Assembly (NCBI GenBank): GCA_022560555.1
Contig: JADFSZ010000049.1
Location: forward strand, 1-10,162
DNA: 10,162 nucleotides
Source of the DNA: PVC group bacterium
GTDB lineage: Bacteria > GCA-001730085 > JADFSZ01
Reading direction: 5' to 3'
Part shown: positions 1 to 6,592 of the stretch, in pieces
Position numbering within the stretch: position 1 is the first letter of the stretch
Layout of the letters: each line of letters starts with the position of its first letter
Notes under the pieces: model-generated
What the model was told of the DNA's origin: nothing
The model's input: only the letters and a program-made list of their open reading frames with translations
Databases searched by the model: none
Translations under genes and position numbers: made by a program

Positions 1-971
1 TTGGAAAACTTGATCTCGATTTTTTCTTCTAAAATAGCTAGCGGAATCCTCACCTCTAAAATCGCCCTAGGGCCTTGCCTTAAGCTTCTTGTCTGACTGA
101 AACTGTTGACAATCTGATATATGTCCTGAATTTTACCGGGATGACTTTTTATTGTCTCTGATACGGTGAGCCCCTGTGCTGTTGGGGTGTTTAAGATTGT
201 CATCATCAGCTCTTTTTTTGCATTTGCGGTTTCATCCCCGGACCAAAGATTTTGATCGCCCACTTCTTCTAAGGGCATCGTTTTTGATAGAGTCGTGGAA
301 ATGACAGGTTCAGTATTTTTGGCCCCCGGATCTTGACCCAATATCGATTCGGATAAAAGACCCACACCAGAGGCTTGAAGCAAACTTTTGTTCCATGGAG
401 ATATGCTCGCTTGTTCAAAGGCGTTCAAAAGAACGGATTGGTCAGGCTGATTCTCATTGTATAGCTGGACTTGATTTTCATGTACTTGGACTGTTGTCAT
501 GTTCTCATCAGCACTAATCCCAAACACGGTTCCACGAATCGCCGCAACGCCTGTTGGGCCCTTGATTTTGAATTCCGTATCGGGGTTGATTCTCTTGATT
601 TTCAAGAGCAGATCACCCGTAATGATTTCAAGCTGGGCCCTGGGGGAAATCTCGCCGGGGGAAGACTTTTTTAATGAAGAACTTTCAAATAATGTGCTGT
701 TTAAAATCACAATAGAGTTTTCATGAACGCGAAAAGATCCGTAATCCGAAATGATATCCACAAATGAATTTTCCTCTGTCTCGATGCGGGATCCGGGCTC
801 CAGAACAAGATTTTCTTTCGCTTCAATAGGGCTAGACTTTTTGTCTAAGTAAATATAGCTCTTTCCATGGACAGCTTGTATCGTAATGTTATCCGCGATG
901 GCCCATTTGGCAGGGCCTGCGATCGAAAAAATAAATAGTCCGGTAAAAACAACCCAAAATTTCGTTGTCAT
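1..971 (-). CDS. Secreted FecR-domain protein (N-terminal 323 codons; the C-terminus lies beyond the left edge)
   Basis: This gene is not in the ORF track because no stop codon falls inside the window. Hand translation of the minus strand from ATG 971-969 finds no stop down to position 3. The product begins MTTKFWVVFTGLFIFSIAGPAKWAIADNITIQAVHGKSYIYLDKK. An AAGGAG Shine-Dalgarno sequence (complement of 978-983) sits 6 nt upstream of the ATG. The N-terminus looks like a signal peptide: a hydrophobic core followed by an A-I-A/D cleavage-type site. Residues ~30-170 match the FecR (PF04773) pattern, including LEPGSRIETEENSFVDIISDYGSFRVHENSIVIL and EIITGDLLLKIKRINPDTEFKIKGPTGVAAIRGTVFGI. Confidence 0.75.
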   Translation of the reverse strand, partial: MTTKFWVVFTGLFIFSIAGPAKWAIADNITIQAVHGKSYIYLDKKSSPIEAKENLVLEPGSRIETEENSFVDIISDYGSFRVHENSIVILNSTLFESSSLKKSSPGEISPRAQLEIITGDLLLKIKRINPDTEFKIKGPTGVAAIRGTVFGISADENMTTVQVHENQVQLYNENQPDQSVLLNAFEQASISPWNKSLLQASGVGLLSESILGQDPGAKNTEPVISTTLSKTMPLEEVGDQNLWSGDETANAKKELMMTILNTPTAQGLTVSETIKSHPGKIQDIYQIVNSFSQTRSLRQGPRAILEVRIPLAILEEKIEIKFS

Positions 972-1008
972 GAGTCTCTCCTTTTGTGTGTTGTATATCA
1001 AAAAATTC

Positions 1009-1686
1009 TTACTTTTTTCTTCTTTTTTTTATCTCACTCTGATTGAAACTTTCAAGCGCGCATTCGGCATTGATCTTATTCAGACGAGCCAATGTAACCG
1101 TGTTAAAGAGAGTCCGTCCGATCGTTTTCTCAAGTGTTTTAGAGCCCTTGGAATGTTTTTCTTTCTCTAGCACGGACAAATCTCTCTTGATCGTGTTGAG
1201 GATGCGCTCCGGATCGGGGTCTTTGGTGGACATACGTTTTTGAATCAATTCTGCTTTGGCCAGCGCAGGAAGAGTTTCCGGAATGGAAGGGGCTCTTTTG
1301 TCTTTGGAATTTTTAAGCTCATCTTTTTTAATGCGCTCCCAATTGTCCAAAATGTCATTCATATGACGGATGCGGGTGTTTCCAAACACATGGGGATGCC
1401 GCCTGAGCATTTTTTTCTTGGTGTTGATGAGAACATCCTCAATGCGGAATGATTTCTTTTTATCTGCTAATTTTGCACACGTTAAGACCTGAAACAGGAG
1501 ATCCCCTAATTCGTCTTTAAGTTTTACTAAATCATTATCGTTGATGGCTTCAATAACTTCATGCGCCTCTTCGAGGATATACTTTCTTAAATCCTTGAGT
1601 TTGAGAGCCCGATCCCAGGGGCATCCGTCCCTTCGATGAAGACGGTCAACGACTTGTACAAGATTTTGAAAAGCGTGTTCGGGCAT
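1009..1686 (-). CDS. mazG: Nucleoside triphosphate pyrophosphohydrolase, MazG family
   Basis: The 225-aa ORF carries MazG hallmarks: RLHRRDGCPWDRALKLKDLRKYILEEAHEVIEAI (EExxE), ELGDLLFQVL (ExxD) and KKKMLRRHPHVFG. The C-terminal half aligns to a second MazG repeat (PALAKAELIQKR ... IGRTLFNTVTLARLNKINAECALE), but the acidic metal-binding motifs are replaced there. Confidence 0.9.
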   Translation of the reverse strand: MPEHAFQNLVQVVDRLHRRDGCPWDRALKLKDLRKYILEEAHEVIEAINDNDLVKLKDELGDLLFQVLTCAKLADKKKSFRIEDVLINTKKKMLRRHPHVFGNTRIRHMNDILDNWERIKKDELKNSKDKRAPSIPETLPALAKAELIQKRMSTKDPDPERILNTIKRDLSVLEKEKHSKGSKTLEKTIGRTLFNTVTLARLNKINAECALESFNQSEIKKRRKK

Positions 1687-1725
1687 GTTAAACGAAATCC
1701 AGGCTGAGACAATAGACGATTTTTA

Positions 1726-1775
1726 TTCTCATACGTGCATCTTTAGTGTATAAATATATCACACTCTATTCTCAA
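1726..1775. promoter_or_regulatory. Candidate face-to-face divergent promoters for mazG (-) and the nucleosidase gene (+)
   Basis: Plus strand: TTCTCA (1726-1731), 17-nt spacer, TATAAA (1749-1754). Minus strand: TTGAGA (complement of 1770-1775), 17-nt spacer, TATACA (complement of 1747-1752). The two -10 elements overlap in the AT-rich core gtgtataaatatatcacac. This rests on motif matching only. Confidence 0.3.
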
Positions 1776-1792
1776 AAAAAAGGCTTATCCGT

Positions 1793-2575
1793 ATGAGGCA
1801 AAGTATACATAATCTTGATGAAAATATCGACACCGTGATTGTCCTGCCCATGAAGCAAGAACTCAGTGAGCTCTTAAAACATATATCCATTGTCGAAAAA
1901 AGAGATTGTGAAGGGCTGCTTGTCTATGTGTGTGAGGTAGGCCAAAAACATGTTTTTATCATAAAAAGCGGGGTAGGGGCCAAGGCCGTGAGAAAAACAT
2001 TTAACAAATTTTTCCGCCATTTTCAGGTGTCCCTTATCATTTTTACAGGTGTGGCCGGAGCTGTGGATCCTCAATTGAAGCACAAAGATATTTTGATTCC
2101 GGAACATGTGAAGGTCCACTCCCCGGGGGGGAAAGGCTCCTTTTTAAATAAGCTCTTTTCGAGCGCCTTTTCGTTTGCCTCTTGGGCGTGCGTAAAAAAA
2201 GGAGGAACACTGTATCAGACGAACACGATTTATCATCTGAAAGATAAAGAAGCGCTTAGAGAAATGGATCCGCATGCCAGAGCCATCGATATGGAGTCTT
2301 GGGCCGCGTTTGAAATCGCCCAAGAGCGTCAATGTACGTGTTGGGTTTTACGCGTGATTTTAGATTCAGTCCACTTTGAATTGCCGCCGTTTGAGATGAT
2401 CTATTCCAAAAAAGGACTTCTTCGCTATATGTATTTTGCCTTTCAGTGTTTGCGCCGTCCCTTAAGCCTTTGGCATCTTTTGCTCCTTCCCTCAAAATTT
2501 CGCGCTTCCATGCGTCAACTTGCTCGTATTCTCCATGTTGCTTTATCCTCAGGATTTGAATCTATAGCCCCATAG
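1793..2575 (+). CDS. PNP_UDP_1-family nucleosidase (MTA/SAH nucleosidase or futalosine hydrolase-like) with a C-terminal extension
   Basis: The 260-aa ORF aligns by eye with E. coli MTAN motifs. VIVLPMKQEL matches IIGAMEEEV. IIKSGVGAKAV matches LLKSGIGKVAA. LIIFTGVAGAVDPQLKHKDILI matches VIINTGSAGGLAPTLKVGDIVV. AIDMESWA matches AVEMEATA (Met-Glu pair retained). LRVILDSV matches VRAISDVA (catalytic Asp retained). About 65 further residues follow (FELPPFEMIYSKKGLLRYMYFAFQCLRRPLSLWHLLLLPSKFRASMRQLARIL...). Confidence 0.8.
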   Translation: MRQSIHNLDENIDTVIVLPMKQELSELLKHISIVEKRDCEGLLVYVCEVGQKHVFIIKSGVGAKAVRKTFNKFFRHFQVSLIIFTGVAGAVDPQLKHKDILIPEHVKVHSPGGKGSFLNKLFSSAFSFASWACVKKGGTLYQTNTIYHLKDKEALREMDPHARAIDMESWAAFEIAQERQCTCWVLRVILDSVHFELPPFEMIYSKKGLLRYMYFAFQCLRRPLSLWHLLLLPSKFRASMRQLARILHVALSSGFESIAP

Positions 2576-2597
2576 TTATTAGATTTATGGTGAAATG

Positions 2598-2625
2598 TTG
2601 ACATTTCAAGGCTTTAGGTTATAAT
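2598..2625 (+). promoter_or_regulatory. Consensus sigma70-type promoter for the orphan gene
   Basis: A perfect TTGACA (2598-2603), a 16-nt spacer and a perfect TATAAT (2620-2625) lie 23 nt after the nucleosidase stop and ~80 nt upstream of ATG 2707. A second TATAAT at 2684-2689 has no good -35 element. Confidence 0.6.
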
Positions 2626-2706
2626 CCGTTCTTGCTTTCCTATAGTTTGAGCAATCGCAATTTATGAAAACCGGAATTGATAGTATAATGCCTCAGGGGT
2701 GCGTTG

Positions 2707-3408
2707 ATGAATCAGCCCTATCAAGAGTTGGAAAAACTGTTTACCACACATAAGAAGCTAGTTCCCGATCCGGGGAATACTCAGGTGGCCATGGAGAAGA
2801 AATCGCAATTTATCTATGTGCATCGTCAGGGGGGGTCCTATACGGAGTTTCTTTGCCTGATGGAGATTATCAGAGAAGTGATGCGCGTGGCCGTATGTCC
2901 GGTTTACCTTTTGGAAAATGACCGCCGGAGCCTTATGTATTACGACATGTATATACACAATACTAACTCAGAGCGGATCAAATTTATTTTTGATGATCAC
3001 ATTCCATCTGACAGTCTGCTCGATCCGAATCATCGAGATCATGTGGTGTGTTTTTTTGACGGAAATATCGACGTTTTTGCCGAAACAAAACGGCTCGAGA
3101 CAGAGAAATCCATGTTGTGTCTGTTCAGAAAACGTTTGAAAACAAAAGATGTTATTTGCCACGCCGTGAATCTCGGATTGAAAAAGCTGAATATTCTGAG
3201 TCTTGATTATGAAAGCGATCTTGTGGCGGGTCATTTTCACAAGGTTTTAGATCATAGCGGAGTGATGGATCTGGAAATTTGTGAGTTAGGGCAGCTGAAG
3301 GAAGAGGACTTTTGTCCAACCGTATCTTTAGGAGCTCACTCCGTGCAATTAGGGACCCATGGGCGAACACGTATGACGGATATTGCTAAGGGTCTTTTGT
3401 GGTTGTAA
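2707..3408 (+). CDS. Hypothetical protein, 233 aa, Cys/His-rich, no family recognised
   Basis: This is the longest ORF in the region. The track starts it at TTG 2704, but the adjacent ATG 2707 has an AGGGG Shine-Dalgarno-like element (2695-2699) 7 nt upstream. The gene is flanked by a consensus promoter and a strong terminator. It has no signal peptide or TM segment. I count 7 Cys and about 12 His, including DPNHRDH and GHFHKVLDH clusters. I cannot assign a family by eye. Confidence 0.65.
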   Translation: MNQPYQELEKLFTTHKKLVPDPGNTQVAMEKKSQFIYVHRQGGSYTEFLCLMEIIREVMRVAVCPVYLLENDRRSLMYYDMYIHNTNSERIKFIFDDHIPSDSLLDPNHRDHVVCFFDGNIDVFAETKRLETEKSMLCLFRKRLKTKDVICHAVNLGLKKLNILSLDYESDLVAGHFHKVLDHSGVMDLEICELGQLKEEDFCPTVSLGAHSVQLGTHGRTRMTDIAKGLLWL

Positions 3409-3417
3409 TGGTTTGGT

Positions 3418-3460
3418 AAAAAAAGCCGGTGTTCTCGAAGGAAGAGGACACCGGCTTTTT
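3418..3460. terminator. Bidirectional rho-independent terminator between convergent genes
   Basis: The structure is A6 (3418-3423), stem GCCGGTGTTCTC (3424-3435), 7-nt loop GAAGGAA, stem GAGGACACCGGC (3443-3454), then T6 (3455-3460). The stem is 12 bp with one G-U pair on the plus transcript. The flanking A and T runs let it terminate both the orphan gene (+) and atpK (-). Confidence 0.85.
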
Positions 3461-3476
3461 TGCTTTTAAAGGAAAA

Positions 3477-3935
3477 TTAAGCTTCTAGCAGACCCTGCAT
3501 CAGAATCGCGGAGATGAGAGAGAGAATGGCATAAAACTCAGGAAAAGCGGCTAGTATCATCGTATTCCCAAACACATTGTGCCCGCTTCCGATGGCCGCG
3601 ATTCCGTTTGCACACACTTTGCCTTGTTCAATAGCCGAAACGAGACAGGCCAGACCCACCGCCAAGCCCGCACCAAAAACGACACTGCCCTGAAAAACGG
3701 TGAAGCTGGACGAAATTTTTCCGTTATACATGATAAATGCCACAAATCCATAAAGACCCTGTGTGGCCGGAAGACCTGACAACACAAGTCCGTTTCCAAA
3801 AGCTTCCGGTTTTTTCTTTAACATACCCAGCACGGCGCACCCTCCGATGGATAATCCAATGGCAGATCCGGACGCTGAAAGACCGATCATCAGGCCCATG
3901 CCGACAAGTGCTAAAATATGACCCATGTTCTCCAT
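3477..3935 (-). CDS. atpK: V-type ATPase subunit K (16-kDa, four-helix proteolipid)
   Basis: The 152-aa protein is glycine-rich and hydrophobic. It is closely similar to Enterococcus hirae NtpK: GLPATQGLYGFV vs LLPGTQGLYGFV, SAIEQGKVCANGI vs SGIAQGKVAAAGI, and AAFPEFYAILSLI vs AAMVETYAILGFV. A strong GGGAGGAAG Shine-Dalgarno sequence (complement of 3942-3950) precedes the ATG. Confidence 0.93.
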   Translation of the reverse strand: MENMGHILALVGMGLMIGLSASGSAIGLSIGGCAVLGMLKKKPEAFGNGLVLSGLPATQGLYGFVAFIMYNGKISSSFTVFQGSVVFGAGLAVGLACLVSAIEQGKVCANGIAAIGSGHNVFGNTMILAAFPEFYAILSLISAILMQGLLEA

Positions 3936-3981
3936 AATGCACTTCCTCCCTTTTTTATTGAACTTTTTTTAATGAAAAGAA

Positions 3982-5895
3982 CTAAACAGAAGCTCCTTTA
4001 ACAGTTTGAGCTAATGGTTCGTAGGGTTGGCCTCCTCCGGTGAATTTAAGGTTTTTATAAAATTCGACGAATGTAAGACGCAGCGGATGAACAAATGACC
4101 CTAAGGCGGCTAGAGCTAAATTAAGCGTGTGTCCGAATATCAGAACGAGAATAGTACCGATCAATCCAAACGAAAGATAGTTTATGTCGCCTTCCGATGT
4201 GGTAATAAACATAAATGCGATTTGATTAAAAGCAAAGCCTAATAATCCTCCGGCCAGGCCTAGAGCAAATAGACGGATATAAGACAGGACATCTCCCATT
4301 ATCCCGGTTGCAAACCCATAGAACTCCCACAGTCCCATTGGAAGACGTAAACCTATTTTAAGCTGTGGATTATTAAAAAGAAACATCGTAAGAAGGCCGC
4401 CAAAAAAACAAATCTGTCCTGAAAGGAGAGGGAACGATGTTAAAAATCGTCCGATCGGAATGGGGCCGATAGAATGCCCCCCTAGACCTAAGATATCGGC
4501 ATGGGCCGCACATATGAGCATACCGATAATCATAAACACATAAGATATAGGCTGGAGTCCGTAGATAAATCCCGAATGACGTATTTTGTTCTTAGCTTGG
4601 AGAATCAAACCCAAAATTACTTGAATAAAGCCAAGCATAATCGCAAATGTCATCGCGGGGTATACGGCTTTTCCGTCAATGGTTCGTGATGCCAAAAATG
4701 CCATGGATTTTCCTTGGGTAAAAAAAGCGCTTTCTCCGCCGGGCAGTGCAAAAATAGCGTGTCCAAAAAACGTGTTGAGAAATATTCCCGTGATAAAAGC
4801 CAGGAAGCCTAAGACCACGCCTAACTTGCATATCGGCCTCCAAGCTTCAGGGACTTTCATCAAGGCAAAGAGGGATAGGCCGAGGATCACAAGACCGTAT
4901 CCGAGATCTCCCAAACACATTCCGAAGAAAAAGGCAAAAAACGGCGCAAAAAACGGTGTCGGATCCAATTCGTGATAAGACGGGAGAGCGAATATTTTTG
5001 TGATGGGTTCGAACAACTTAGGCAGGCCCGAATTTTTAAGTTGGACCGGAACATTATCTTTGGGCGCCGGGTTACGAACCTCAAAATATACGGGGATGCT
5101 TTGAAGCTTCGTCTTGATCGAGCTCTCGAGAGATGCAGGAAACCATCCCTTAAGGGAAAGCAGTTGTCCTGAAAACAAAGATTCCATGCTGACATTTGCT
5201 TTTGCGTAACGAAAAGTGTCCTCTAAAAATTTCTTGTGCATGAGTATCGAAGGAAGAGAGGGAAGGAGTCTTTGTTTTTCTTCTATTAGTGATTCTCTTT
5301 TACGAAGAAGATTTTTGTATTCTGCTTTTGCTTCCTCCAATGAGATATCAGGCAGTGAGATTTCTTCGATTTCGAGAGAATATGACTTTTGATATTCAAT
5401 GACAATAAAACGAACGATTTGTTTGTTTTGTGATACGACGGATGCCGGATACGCGCTCAAATCCAGGCTTGCGAATTTTTTAGGAGGGCATTCAAAAAAG
5501 CGGACGCGGATGCCGCTTTGAACTAAAGTTTCCGTAAGATGTGTGTTGAAATCCCCCCAGGGCTCCAGAATTTTGATATCTTTCTCAAGGCTTAGTAAGA
5601 GATGGTCCGTGTGGTGTTCCTTGTTTTCCAGGGCTTCAAATTTTTCAAGCACATGTAATGCGTCTCCAAGAGGCTCCTTGTTTTCCGGAGCTTCGTGTTT
5701 TTTTAAACGCTTGAGTTGAAGAAGGACACGCTGTGTCCTTTTAATCTCTGTTTCCGTTCGGGTAATATCCTCAGGACGAGATGAAGGCATATGTTCTTCA
5801 ATATGGATCACCCCGATGTCCTGCAATGTTGAGAGGACTTCTTCGCGATCTTTATGAAAAATCAAAAAAACAAGTTTTTTCATGGGTGTGATCAT
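3982..5895 (-). CDS. atpI: V-type ATPase subunit I (membrane a-type stator subunit)
   Basis: The 637-aa protein has a soluble coiled N-terminal half and a polytopic C-terminal half. It contains the conserved essential-Arg motif LSYIRLFALGLAGGLL (V_ATPase_I family, PF01496). Its ATG overlaps the atpD stop in an ATGA (5892-5895). An alternative start at Met5 (5883) cannot be excluded. Confidence 0.92.
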   Translation of the reverse strand: MITPMKKLVFLIFHKDREEVLSTLQDIGVIHIEEHMPSSRPEDITRTETEIKRTQRVLLQLKRLKKHEAPENKEPLGDALHVLEKFEALENKEHHTDHLLLSLEKDIKILEPWGDFNTHLTETLVQSGIRVRFFECPPKKFASLDLSAYPASVVSQNKQIVRFIVIEYQKSYSLEIEEISLPDISLEEAKAEYKNLLRKRESLIEEKQRLLPSLPSILMHKKFLEDTFRYAKANVSMESLFSGQLLSLKGWFPASLESSIKTKLQSIPVYFEVRNPAPKDNVPVQLKNSGLPKLFEPITKIFALPSYHELDPTPFFAPFFAFFFGMCLGDLGYGLVILGLSLFALMKVPEAWRPICKLGVVLGFLAFITGIFLNTFFGHAIFALPGGESAFFTQGKSMAFLASRTIDGKAVYPAMTFAIMLGFIQVILGLILQAKNKIRHSGFIYGLQPISYVFMIIGMLICAAHADILGLGGHSIGPIPIGRFLTSFPLLSGQICFFGGLLTMFLFNNPQLKIGLRLPMGLWEFYGFATGIMGDVLSYIRLFALGLAGGLLGFAFNQIAFMFITTSEGDINYLSFGLIGTILVLIFGHTLNLALAALGSFVHPLRLTFVEFYKNLKFTGGGQPYEPLAQTVKGASV

Positions 5896-6494
5896 GCGGC
5901 TTTATCTTCCTCTGCCTGAAGGCGGGATTTAAGAATTTTTTGTGAAGATTTAGACAGGTTTTCATCGTCTTCCAGGTAACGTTTAATTTTTCGAATCCCT
6001 TCCTGATATTCAGGGATCTGGACCTTTTCATATAAGTTGACTTTTTGTGTCGTTTTTTTTCGCGCGTGCTCAAGGATCTTGGATTTTTTGACCGCTACAT
6101 CCCTCTCGATATGAAGTTTTACGAGATTTTTAAGAATGTCCAGTCCTCTCGGGATCCACGCTTGTGTTAAAACATAAGAGTGGGGAGTTTCATGAAAGTC
6201 AATATGATCCAAAACGGGTGTTTTGATACCGGCAATTTTACGAACAGACAAATGCGCTTTTTGAATTCCGAGGTATTGCGGGAACTCGGCCCATAATTTT
6301 AAGAAAGGTTTGATCAGATCTTGAGCGTCTTGAATATCTTTTTGGATTTGACGGGCAAGATTCGTAGCGCGCTTAACCTCGATACGTAAGGCCGCTTCTT
6401 TGGCCTTTAAAATCGGTAAAGCCAGGAGACGGATTTTGAGTCCTTTATTTAATTCGTGAAGGTACGTTTTATTAAATTGAATTTTGAGAGCCAT
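5892..6494 (-). CDS. atpD: V-type ATPase subunit D (central stalk)
   Basis: The protein is basic and coiled-coil-rich (MALKIQFNKTYLHELNKGLKIRLLALPILKAKEAALRIEV...), typical of ATP-synt_D (PF01813), and sits in the expected place in the operon. I prefer ATG 6494 to the track's TTG 6521, because family N-termini begin near this point and the TTG has no Shine-Dalgarno sequence. Confidence 0.88.
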   Translation of the reverse strand: MALKIQFNKTYLHELNKGLKIRLLALPILKAKEAALRIEVKRATNLARQIQKDIQDAQDLIKPFLKLWAEFPQYLGIQKAHLSVRKIAGIKTPVLDHIDFHETPHSYVLTQAWIPRGLDILKNLVKLHIERDVAVKKSKILEHARKKTTQKVNLYEKVQIPEYQEGIRKIKRYLEDDENLSKSSQKILKSRLQAEEDKAA

Positions 6495-6513
6495 TATTTT
6501 TCGCTTCGCTCTT

Positions 6514-6540
6514 AATGACAAATGAACAATGACAAATGAA
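6514..6540. repeat. Tandem direct repeat, 2 x AATGACAAATGAA separated by one C
   Basis: Exact 13-mer copies lie at 6514-6526 and 6528-6540, inside the atpB-atpD spacer. On the sense (minus) strand this places them 20-46 nt upstream of the atpD ATG. Confidence 0.9.
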
Positions 6541-6592
6541 TAATTAAAAACTGCCGGACGATCTTACGGCCTATTTTCTACTATTCATTACT

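Noticed and set aside
471-1170. Plus-strand ORFs 471-674, 499-726 and 886-1170 from the track
   Set aside because: They lie antisense to, or overlap, the much longer minus-strand FecR-like CDS and the end of mazG. They use TTG or weak starts, have no Shine-Dalgarno sequence, and have low-complexity or unfamiliar sequences. They are most likely shadow ORFs.
2664-2753. Small upstream ORF (ATG 2664, ~29 codons, MKTGIDSIMPQGCVDES...) overlapping the orphan gene start out of frame
   Set aside because: It has no Shine-Dalgarno sequence and lies within the predicted 5-prime UTR. Nothing supports it beyond being open, so it is probably chance.
2758-3370. Alternative-frame and antisense ORFs inside the orphan gene (2758-2958, 2918-3139, 2968-3240, 3152-3370)
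   Set aside because: All are much shorter than the 233-codon frame and lack the promoter, Shine-Dalgarno and terminator context that the main frame has.
6519-6521. TTG 6521 as the atpD start (the track's 209-aa version)
   Set aside because: It has no Shine-Dalgarno sequence and falls inside the tandem repeat. It would add a basic 9-residue leader (MSLRAKRKI) that I do not expect in D subunits. ATG 6494 gives a typical N-terminus. This is not fully excluded.
6553-6570. Possible intrinsic terminator or attenuator after atpB (sense strand GCCGTAAGATCGTCCGGC followed by AGTTTTT)
   Set aside because: The stem is only 4 bp (GCCG/CGGC) with a 10-nt loop. That is too weak to call a terminator by eye, and it is not listed as a feature.
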